64,000 nucleotides of DNA from Balanoglossus misakiensis (taxonomy: Eukaryota; Animalia; Hemichordata): contig CM082581.2 of the NCBI GenBank assembly GCA_040954595.2, forward strand, positions 12,584,286 through 12,648,285. Direction: 5' to 3'. Made by a program: the position numbers and the translations under genes. Shown here in pieces: positions 50,333 to 62,300 of the stretch. Below the pieces are notes generated by a model. That model saw only the letters and a program-made list of their open reading frames with translations, ran no database searches and had not been told where the DNA came from. Each line of letters opens with the position of its first letter. Position 1 is the first letter of the stretch.

Positions 50333-53300
50333 TGAGCTGTGTTAACATCAGCAAATTTCTCGTATCGGAAACAATTATTGACATAGTGCAGACATTAATT
50401 TGCGACCTTGCAGGTAAATAGTGTATTCAGCTTCCTTCAAAGGACACATTAACGTCGATGACGCACAAATGGGTCACAAGTGGAAATGTATCGAGTGAAA
50501 GTGCCTATTCTGACGTCACTCGACACAAAAGTGAATAAACATTCAAAACGACGAATGCACGCGATGGTGGTGCAGTTGATACAGTGGCTTTCTCCACGAG
50601 GGATAATTACATGTCGTTTGCGTGGTCAAAGTGAGAGTCAGACACGGGACTAAACAAACTGTCTATTATTACCGGTGATTAAAGATACAGAGAGACGGCT
50701 GATACATAACAATGGACACCCGACTGTATGGGCTGTTTGGACATCTTTACCTGCTATTGAATATTCTGTGAAAGTCCTGTGCTGGCTGCCGCCCTCACTC
50801 TCCGGACTGTACCCGGTTTACTGAAGAAACTGCCGAAAATGTTGGACAGATATGCACCAGTCTTTCTCATTAAAATCTCCGCATATCTTGAAGGCTTGCA
50901 ACAGCGCCTGGCATTCGTTACGAAATCCTTACGTCCTTGTCAAGAGAAAATAGGGAAAATAAGACTTTATTGTAAATTGATATTATTGGCCGAAGTTGGC
51001 GTTTTTCCTCCGTGTGAGGCCTGTGTATCGACCGACTCCAGATACCGCGCTGAATCCTCGTCATTCTGTCAGTATAATTTGCATTTTGTATTCGAGGTGC
51101 TGGCTAACACTGTCACTGGTGATAATTAGCGATAATTATTCTGGAATTACACTACACGTAGTTTACACATATGCACTTTACAATGCGAACGCCAGCCGGT
51201 CAGACAATAGTTCAGAAAAGGGTCTGTTTTGACTGTGTTATTCCTTCGAGTTCCTATTGAACAGTATTGCATTTTTACAGACGTCGGCAGCTCCACGGTT
51301 CCTTGCCCGCTTCATGCAAATGCAATCGTAAAATTGGCAGAGGGATTCAGAAGTTTGCGGTTTAGGGACAAAAGGGAAGGTCAGCTGACGGTTGATGGAA
51401 CAGCCAGCCAGAATGGACAGAATTGGAGCAGACCGTTTGTATGGTATACATATTGGTACGCACCGTGACGCACGATCACCACAATCATGCTATCCACAAG
51501 ATCTTCCGTTGCAATAGGCATTCTCTACCGGTTGGTGCATTTTTAATTAACTAACGATAAATCAGTTTGCAAGTTATTTTATTTTCATTTAATCGTGCCA
51601 AAAACCGACAGTCACCCGAAGGCATGGCACTTTCTAGCAGATGTACAAGAGTTCCTCCGTAATATCCGGAGTCCGTTCATAACATTTGCTCTCATTGGCT
51701 GCGTCATGTCGGAAGTGCGCGAACGTTATTGGGAGCATCCAAGGGACAACGAACTGTAGACCCGGAATGCTGAACATACTAGTATACTGAACATCTGGTG
51801 TGCAGACTAAAGCCGCGGCAAGCAAAAACACCACCGCCATTTTGTAATGGCGTCTGTTCGTTCATCTAGAACAACTGCACCAGACTAGCTCTGTTTGGTT
51901 GGTGACATTGGTGACGATTACGGCGAGCAGGGTTACTTATTTTACCCCCACTCTACTCTAATCACCATCGCAATTTAAACGTTTCAGTTACAAGCAAATA
52001 TACACGCTGCTAACGAGACAGACAGATACACAGAATGTCTGGTGGTCAGTAGACCGACTGAAAAGAAACAAAGGGAAAAGACTTCATTTTGCTTCCCAAA
52101 ACCCATCGCTTAACTATGCAGTGAATTCAAATGCGTTCTATTATTATTACTTTGGATTAATCGCCTTTTATTGGCGAATACCTTCGCAGCTGAAACATCA
52201 AAATTCCAAAAATTCTGACTGGTGTACAAACAACCCAAATGCATCGATATGTGGCCAATAATTGAAAGAAAAGCGATTCTTCAAATAAAGCAGAAGACAT
52301 GTCCAATATAACTGCATTGAATGCCACGTCAGTGTGAATGCAGTTTAGACAAAATGTGTCTTAGAATCGCAGGTGAGAATGTGCCCAGAACAGTAGCAAT
52401 TAAAGTTGGAATGTGTATCTCACAGTCGCTGTCAACATTTCAAAGTCACCCAAAACTCAAACAAAACAGTGATCAGTCTTTATTCGACCCTACTTTCCTT
52501 TCTTTGATACCTTGGTTTGTGCGCGTGAGACGGAACACCGTCTGGTACTTGAATGGTTACACGGTGGTTGAATGAAAGTCACGTTAAGACTTGATACTAG
52601 CACTTTGTTGTAGACGTCGACACACGCTGTGTCTGTGCGTGATGAGCGTAATAGGATTACGCCAAGACCACTTTCATCCAATCGGTGTATGTTGTTCTAT
52701 TGTTGCTTGCTTTGGTTGAACTGCTGGGGTGGTCACGCTTTTCCACCCTCGTCAAACCGAAACACTGTTTGTACATATTTGTGCGCAGTCTGAAGTGAAG
52801 TTAATCATCAAAAAGTTGTGTTCGATATCGCACTGACTTGGTAAACAGACTGTGTAGGTTTCGTTGTAAAGCTGCGAGAATATTTATTAAAATATTCAGA
52901 ATAGTCGACTTTGCGCATGCGTTTACATGATATTTTAAACTTTTTTCCTGATGCTTGTCCGAAAACTGTGCCAACGACAACAAGCACCGACAGATTCTCA
53001 CAATTTCCTTGGTGACAGAGTTATCGAAGTTCCCTTCAAAGAATGCGCCGTGGCGATTCTGACAATGCGCAGGATCGAGATTCCGTTCTGGACGAACTGT
53101 GTTTTCAGGTATTTTACCCGTCAGCCTGGCATGCTCGGGTCAAAGTTCCACGGTGGACTGAACGATCGATGGACAGATCTGAGAGATTTATGGGCTTGCT
53201 TAATAAACTCTGGTGACAAACACCCAGCCGGCCTCTATAAATAGCTTGGACAAAAACTAAAAATAATCAATTTAACTGTTCATTAAAACCTCCAACACGC

Positions 53301-56300
53301 CCTAAGTATACCGTTGAACAATCCTTCTCCGTGTCGAGTTGTGTCAGAGGCGAGGTGGTAGTCTAAACAGTAAACCTCGGTATAGTGAAATATGTGTCGA
53401 GTGTGTCGTCTCTTTAAAAAAATTCCCCGCGTTTTGGAATTGACATGGATTCTCTTGTTCAAGTGTTTGTAAATATAGACATAAATCACACATTTAAACC
53501 CCCCTGGCTACTGTTTTTTATGCAACCCTGCTAGTCTTGTAATCATGATTTTGCGAGGAAATATACATGTATTGTAAGACGATGTCTACCGACACTATGG
53601 CCCCAATTAATGTTATTTTCTACCCCGTGCCCCTATTCATGTTGCTGTTTCCAAAGTGATGCGCAATTTTGCCACGGCGTCGAGTATCATTATTACCTTC
53701 AGTCTCTCACTGGTTCCCGAGACGCAAGAACCATAACAAGACTTTGGCTAAAGCTTCCCGCGGGTCCATTGTGAAAAGCACTCTTCTCAGATTCAAGTAT
53801 GTCAAAGCCAAACATGAAAATAATATGAAATGGACATTAACCGAATAATGTCGTCTGAAATAAAGAATCGATTGATTTGTGACAGATACCATTTACAAGC
53901 AGATGCCCTATGATTAAAGGGGTTGCGAGATGTTTTAATTAGAATTTTTTATCGTGCATTTGATAATGTTCAGTTAATTAATCATGGACGACATAGTCTG
54001 GTCTTCTTGTCAGGACATGTTGAGACCACAGCCAACAGCAGTGATTAGGAAGCCACGCTAATGGTGCTTAATGTAGCGTGAAAGTGCGATACAAGGCTCA
54101 ACTTTTACACAGAAAGAGCTTTGTTGATTTCAATTGTTCGTTTCGGGTTATCTGAGCCGAGAGACTACGTGTTCTTTTCTGGCATGTCTGGAACAGTCTA
54201 ACGCGCACGGTGGGAAATTGGTTGGAGGCCATCGAGACAAATCTTCACCGGGTGAAGAAAACAAGAGTTGACGTGATGAAAAGTACAACTTGGCTAACTT
54301 GTCAACAAACATCTTAGCAAAGAAATGTGCGCACTGGTTTCAAATGCACATCCTTCAGATACTATCCCCACATCTCAGTTTTTTTCCCTCATGGTGATTT
54401 TTCCGCATTCTGCTGTAAAGTCAACTTGAACACAGTCACCTCTAATTTACATATGCCTATATATGGTCAAAATTTTATTATTTTAATTACGCTCGCCGGT
54501 AAGCCGAAAGAGACAGCTTGACATAAAAGATGCGCGCGTCTCCAGATACTCTTTAAATTTAGATTGTGTGTCCACGAACAGTCGGGATTCCGATCTCTAA
54601 AGTCTTTTGTTCTGTCTCCTCAATGTCGGAGAAAATTAATGGTCCGCCGTCGATCATGTCAGCCGATACGAAGTAGGCAGCTTTGCTTTGGTGTACAATT
54701 CGTAACAAAGGTCAACAACTTCATAGCTACAATGTCTAGCTTCGTTTACATCTTTCGGTATATGGAGGAAAGAAGTTAGCGCTGATACTGTGCCAAAATT
54801 TAATTTACATTGACCGTTTTTGAGAGGATGTCGCTGATAAAAAATACTATTAGCGACGATACCACTTTTATCAAGTGATTATTAACTACTACACCCACGT
54901 TAAAATAATCAAACAGAAACAACAGGCTTAAATTTAGCAACCCAAATTAAAACTCATCGGCATACGTCCAGGCTTTTGAATTCGGATCGTCAAAAGGCAA
55001 GTGGTCCATAGAGACTGTGTCACCGTCAGAACAAGCTTTAAAGTCGCGAAGCAGTTTTCTGCTTGCGACTAACAATGCAGTATTATTTAGGTACAGGTAA
55101 AGCATTTAAAACGCAACCATAAACAAAAATCAAACCATAAAAATGAACAGAATATAGACATTGACTTCGCCACCAATTATCAAAGCAGCTTTGCTTTTGA
55201 AAAGAAGCTCCAATGACTGCTGTTACGTTTACGTTTTAAATGAAAGCAAAATAGAAAATAGCTGCACAAAAAAATTGAATGCTTGCCAATTTTTAAAAAT
55301 GTTGACGGAGATATGACGAGAGAGAGAACAGTAGCACAGTGGTGGCTGGACTAACATTTTTCCAAGATTTGAACATGATCAACCACTGTCCACAAAGCAC
55401 TTACATCACGGTGCCGCTTGGAACTTGGTGTTCGGTTGGTGAAAAAAAATAACGAGGAAACCTACCGATTACCATACAGAAGCGTTGTACACGGAGTTGA
55501 GCAGTACAGGACGTCCCGGCCTGGTCTGGTCTGGCGTGACGCTGTAAATGTTCACTTCGTGCAGACTCGGGCAGACATCGAGGTCAAAGGACGCGGTGAC
55601 TCTGGTCCTTTATGTGACGTTTCAACAGGTGCTTTGAGAACCCCGCAAAAAATCCTAAAGCTTTTGGGCAGCGTCTCTCCGCGAAGCTTTAACACAATAC
55701 AATTGGAAAGTTTGATCGGCAGCCCAAATGCCCAGTGCCTCTATCCCCGGTCAAGTGGGACTCTGCTAAATGGTGCTTCTCCGGCGATGAGAGGGAAATT
55801 GGTAGACTGATATCGCGTATTGCCTCCCCGTGACCGGTCTCCACATAACAATGCTAAAGCCAATTTTGAGTCGGATTTTCCTCAAAAATAAAGAGTGCAT
55901 TGTTTTCTCGTTGCTTGGTAATTGAAAAATGTGTTTCATTCACAGGCTCTTTTGATCATAACACCTTTCAGTCGTAATCCGAATGGGGGATTGTTTCTCC
56001 CTCTCTTAAATGATCGATGTAGTTTATGCAGATGCACTTTGACTTACACACAATTAAGACACACTGTCGTGAGGATTTTATGATCTGTATACGAGCGAAA
56101 GGAAAGGATACTTTTAAAAATTATGTCGTCTTTGTTTGTTGTACATGTGTGGGAATCGCTTTGGTTTTTATGTCGGCGAGCGTCAGATGAATCGTGAATA
56201 GTTTACCATTTTTTTGTCTGTACCTCATAGCACATTCAAACAAATACAATTTCTTTTCGCCCAGTTTTTTGCCCAGTTTTTTTTTCATTTTTGTATGCGG

Positions 56301-58959
56301 ACTGAGCCCCCTTTAGGGGCTAGAATTAAAGCCACACAGAGGAAGACTACAAAAACATATTGTGGGGCGGGGAGAGAAACAAAATCAGGAGGTTATCGCG
56401 CAAAGTAAAGCGCGTCTTCTACGTTTCTGACCTGGGCAACAGGGGCATGCCATTGCTGCGGGGATTTGGGTTTTATTAACTTGCCGGCTTCAAATCAGTC
56501 AATGACGGTGCAGTCACTTGCAGGTTAAACAGACAAAGGTGAACAGTCTCACGCCACATCAAGTAGGCACCTCCCGTCAAACCTGTCAGACAAAAGGCAT
56601 AAACCAACCACCACAGAAGGAAGGAGTGACGGGCAAGATTTGTTTTACGATGTAGTTGTTCATTTTAATATACTGACCTTTCATCCGGGTCGCCATGCGT
56701 TATCGTTCGATCGATTTCCCGTATGTTATCAAAATGGGCTATCGACATTTTGATAAAAGTTTGAGTGCGGTACTTGCAGTTTATTATCGCAAATGGGTAC
56801 ATTTTTAACGGTGACCAAGTTAGACGATAGGGTATTTTGGCCAACCCGATTGTCGAGACTGGCTGGAGTCCTGATATTTGTTTTATTTATAAATCTTAAA
56901 ATCACTCAGGCTGTTGGACTGGCAGTAGCCCGTTTCAGTTTGGTCAAACATTTCGCTTATTTGAAAACCGAGCATATCACTTGGTATTTTTAGAGTACTC
57001 ATTCTCTGATTAATTATCTTTGAGCGCATTTCTTAAAATAAAGAATTAGCCAATATGGAGACCACTGAAATGAGTAAGTTCAAAGCACCCACTCAGAGCA
57101 AGCTGGCATGTCAATGTCGTCACGGTTTTTTTCGCAATAGCTGTACTTTAATTCATGGGCTTATCTACAATGTAAATTCAGATTTGGTGAAAATAATATA
57201 AACGGTCACCGTATCCTGTCCTCACTTCCGCGAACCGGTCAATATCGCCACGTCCGAAAACGTCACCGCCAACCCCGGGGAACAATTGGGGGATTTCCCA
57301 TGATTCTTTGGGTTAATGGGTAACTCAGAACTGGGCTGTGTGTCAATGAACGTGGTGCCTTCTCGATAGAACAAGAATTTCGGCACCTAAAATTACCCTT
57401 GCTTTAGAAATGACACGCGAATATCTAGGACGCCGTGACTTTGACACATGACCCGCGGCGTCCGATCGCCATGCGAAAGGAGTCAATACTCGAGTGCGCT
57501 GATCTGTTTCACGCACGGCTTATCTGTTTGGTCCGTGAGATCCTGATCAGAAAGCCACGATTTACCTTTCAGGATATTCTTCGTATAACCAACACACACA
57601 CACAACGAATACAAATCAGTCTAATTTGCACGTTTCTCCAAAAATCAGGACCATCCCGAGAAGTCCACACCCTCACTGTAAACTTCTCAAATCCGATAAC
57701 TAGACTGAGTTTAATAAAATAACTTAGTTGTGGATTTATACGTGTGTGTTTAGGCTACTCCTGTGGGGGAACGTCCATCACTTCTGCTAATTCTGAAACC
57801 TGTCAAAACTTGAAGCAGTTTATTTTTGTATTTTCACAAGACAAAACTGTATTTTCTGTGCTTTTGAATATCCCCATCTGATAAAAGAAATCGACCTACC
57901 ACATTTTAAACGATGGACACGTAGCTAGCTCTTCGCATTGAATAAACAGGGTTTTTTTATTATCGAAGAAAATTACTAGTCAAGAGCAACTTGTCCTAAA
58001 CTTTGTCGCCGTACTGGGCGAAAGGTCGACGTGAACAATTTCGAGATGTTACATATGAGCAGCCGTCTGCGCCTTCTTGTAATTAAAACCAACTCAGTCA
58101 ATATGATTGGCTTAGTTTTCATTACGATGATAACGTTCAAACCATGTGCGTCACACGTTTTTTACCATGTGCGCCGAAGAGTCTCTTGCCTGTTGTTTGT
58201 TGATTAGTTTTGATTGTATTTTGCTCAGAGATATATGCATTTTCTCTCTTTTCTATTGCAGAGACTGTTAATTCGGTAAACGTAAGTCGCCACAAACAAT
58301 AAAGATTGTCAGTGCGGATGCTGAGAGCAAAGTCGCCCCTAAATGTCTTGGTTCTTGGTCATGCGACTTATGTGGCACACTTATATAAATTGTATTGCCT
58401 TGATAAGGTCTCAATACGAACTCTCTTACATGCAGGGAATAATTAACTTAATCTATATTAAAAGATTGTCATCTTGTTCAAAAGGGTATTAGTGTTCCTA
58501 CCGCTTGTAATGCGATCTTGTTCTTACGGGGATTACACGATATGAGAACATTCCTGCCACTTGTGTTGCGAGTGTTTTTCCACTTTGTCTTTGAGTTCTC
58601 AGGAATTTAACAGAACGAAATCAAAGTCTTGTCAAGATTTTCTTCAAACCTTAGCAAGAGCCTTAAAAGCAAGCTCGAAGTATTGTGAGACTAGCGGAGG
58701 CCATACACGCGGCCGAGCACATGACATGCACGTGCGATGTCTGTGGAATTATTTGACAAGGAAGCAAAAACACTACAAGTCAATATATAAACATGGGCTT
58801 GATGAAATGCAGTGATTCTAATCTTGAACACACACTCCAGTAATCCACAGTTAGACTTCTATTGAAGATAGCATCTATTCAAATCTCAGAATACATAGGA
58901 CATAGGACAATGGAAGACTCTTGAATGTTTCTGATGATGAACGACCTCCGTGATCACTT

Positions 58960-59200
58960 GTATGTTTGTGTATATGTATATATGTATCATATTTATTTTA
59001 TTTATTTTATTCATCCATAGCAAACACAGAAAGAATGTCCACAAAGGATATATGACTGGAACAGATGTGAATCATAGGAAGCCAGTCTCCCCAGAGCAAT
59101 GAGGAGTAAAGTGACTTGCTCAAGGGCACAACATCGTGGCCATCCTCATATAGGAAATCCCCGGCCATGTCCATTGATTCGAATTGGCGAAACTTTATCA
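58960..59200 (-). mobile_element. Decayed CORE-type SINE (boundaries approximate)
   Basis: The minus strand reads GTTGTGCCCTTGAGCAAGTCACTTTACTCCTC (59132->59101), resembling the MIR/CORE block TGTGACCTTGGGCAAGTTACTTAACCTC as recalled. A degenerate B-box (ATTCGAATC, about 59176-59184) lies upstream and an A-rich simple-repeat tail at 58960-59010 lies downstream. Confidence 0.55.
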
Positions 59201-59389
59201 CTGAACATTTGAATTTTTGTATAGCATTGGCAAAAATCACAGTAAGCCTTTGAGTTCTAAACAATTATAATCATTTCGGATTTTGTAACGATAGGTCGAT
59301 GGCCTAAGTTATTGAAATAAAATTCATTGATAGATTGCTTGATTGCATGCTTGATTGGTTGTTTTTATTGAATAGTTAACAGTCTGAAA

Positions 59390-62300
59390 ACATGAAAATT
59401 TGAAGAAAATGATGAAATTTCTAAAATTGGCAAAGTCGAAAATTGTCATTTCTGGATGATTTTCATGAGCTATAACCCATGATTTTTTTCAAAAAATGAA
59501 GAAATTTTGAAAATTCGCAAAGTCGAAAAATTGTCATTTCTAGATGATTTTCATTAGCTATAACCCATGATTTTTTCAAAAATCGGCCAAATTTTGAAAT
59601 TCCGCAAAGTCGAAAAATTCTCATTTTTGGATGATTTTTATGAACTATAACCCATGGTTTTTTCAAAAATCGGCCAAATTTTGAAATTCCGCAAAGTCGA
59701 AAAATTCTCATTTTTGGATGATTTTCATGAGCTATAACCCATGGTTTTTTCAAAAATCGGCCAAATTTTGAAATTCCGCAAAGTCGAAAAATTCTCATTT
59801 TTGGATGATTTTCATGAGCTATAACCCATGATTTTTTCAAAAATCGGCCAAATTTTGAAATTCCGCAAAGTCGAAAAATTCTCATTTTTGGATGATTTTC
59901 ATGAGCTATAACCCATGATTTTTTCAAAAATCGGCCAAATTTTGAAATTCCGCAAAGTCGAAAAATTCTCATTTTTGGATGATTTTCATGAGCTATAGCC
60001 CATGATTTTTTCAAAAATCGGCCAAATTTTGAAATTCCGCAAAGTCGAAAAATTCTCATTTTTGGATGATTTTCATGAGCTATAGCCCATGATTTTTTCA
60101 AAAATCGGCCAAATTTTGAAATTCCGCAAAGTCGAAAAATTCTCATTTTTGGATGATTTTCATGAGCTATAACCCATGGTTTTTTCAAAAATCGGCCAAA
60201 TTTTGAAATTCCGCAAAGTCGAAAAATTCTCATTTTTGGATGATTTTCATGAGCTATAACCCATGGTTTTTTCAAAAATCGGCCAAATTTTGAAATTCCG
60301 CAAAGTCGAAAAATTCTCATTTTTGGATGATTTTCATGAGCTATAACCCATGATTTTTTCAAAAATCGGCCAAATTATGAAATTCCGCAAAGTCGAAAAA
60401 TTCTCATTTTTGGATGATTTTCATGAGCTATAACCCATGATTTTTTCAAAAATCGGCCAAATTTTGAAATTCCGCAAAGTCGAAAAATTCTCATTTTTGG
60501 ATGATTTTCATGAGCTATAACCCATGATTTTTTCAAAAATCGGCCAAATTTTGAAATTCCGCAATGTCGAAAAATTCTCATTTTTGGATGATTTTCATGA
60601 GCTATAACCCATGATTTTTTCAAAAATCGGCCAAATTTTGAAATTCCGCAAAGTCGAAAAATTCTCATTTTTGGATGATTTTCATGAGCTATAACCCATG
60701 ATTTTTTCAAAAATCGGCCAAATTTTGAAATTCCGCAAAGTCGAAAAATTCTCATTTTTGGATGATTTTCATGAGCTATAACCCATGATTTTTTCAAAAA
60801 TCGGCCAAATTTTGAAATTCCGCAAAGTCGAAAAATTCTCATTTTTGGATGATTTTCATGAGCTATAACCCATGATTTTTTCAAAAATCGGCCAAATTTT
60901 GAAATTCCGCAAAGTCGAAAAATTCTCATTTTTGGATGATTTTCATGAGCTATAACCCATGATTTTTTCAAAAATCGGCCAAATTTTGAAATTCCGCAAT
61001 GTCGAAAAATTCTCATTTTTGGATGATTTTCATGAGCTATAACCCATGATTTTTTCAAAAATCGGCCAAATTTTGAAATTCCGCAAAGTCGAAAAATTCT
61101 CATTTTTGGATGATTTTCATGAGCTATAACCCATGATTTTTTCAAAAATCGGCCAAATTTTGAAATTCCGCAAAGTCGAAAAATTCTCATTTTTGGATGA
61201 TTTTCATGAGCTATAACCCATGATTTTTTCAAAAATCGGCCAAATTTTGAAATTCCGCAAAGTCGAAAAATTCTCATTTTTGGATGATTTTCATGAGCTA
61301 TAACCCATGATTTTTTCAAAAATCGGCCAAATTTTGAAATTCCGCAAAGTCGAAAAATTCTCATTTTTGGATGATTTTCATGAGCTATAACCCATGATTT
61401 TTTCAAAATTCGGCCAAATTTTGAAATTCCGCAAAGTCGAAAAATTCTCATTTTTGGATGATTTTCATGAGCTATAACCCATGATTTTTTCAAAATTCGG
61501 CCAAATTTTGAAATTCCGCAAAGTCGAAAAATTCTCATTTTTGGATGATTTTCATGAGCTATAACCCATGATTTTTTCAAAAATCGGCCAAATTTTGAAA
61601 TTCCGCAAAGTCGAAAAATTCTCATTTTTGGATGATTTTCATGAGCTATAACCCATGATTTTTTCAAAAATCGGCCAAATTTTGAAATTCCGCAATGTCG
61701 AAAAATTCTCATTTTTGGATGATTTTCATGAGCTATAACCCATGATTTTTTCAAAAATCGGCCAAATTTTGAAATTCCGCAATGTCGAAAAATTCTCATT
61801 TTTGGATGATTTTCATGAGCTATAAACCATGATTTTTTCAAAAATCGGCCAAATTTTGAAATTCCGCAAAGTCGAAAAATTCTCATTTTTGGATGATTTT
61901 CATGAGCTATAACCCATGATTTTTTCAAAAATCGGCCAAATTTTGAAATTCCGCAAAGTCGAAAAATTCTCATTTTTGGATGATTTTCATGAGCTATAAC
62001 CCATGATTTTTTCAAAAATCGGCCAAATTATGAAATTCCGCAAAGTCGAAAAATTCTCATTTTTGGATGATTTTCATGAGCTATAACCCATGATTTTTTC
62101 AAAAATCGGCCAAATTTTGAAATTCCGCAAAGTCGAAAAATTCTCATCTTTGGATGATTTTCATGAGCTATAACCCATGATTTTTTCAAAAATCGGCCAA
62201 ATTTTGAAATTCCGCAATGTCGAAAAATTCTCATTTTTGGATGATTTTCATGAGCTATAACCCATGATTTTTTCAAAAATCGGCCAAATTTTGAAATTCC

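Noticed and set aside
55418-55810. 130-aa plus-strand ORF in a locally GC-rich patch
   Set aside because: TTG start, no motif and no supporting gene structure.
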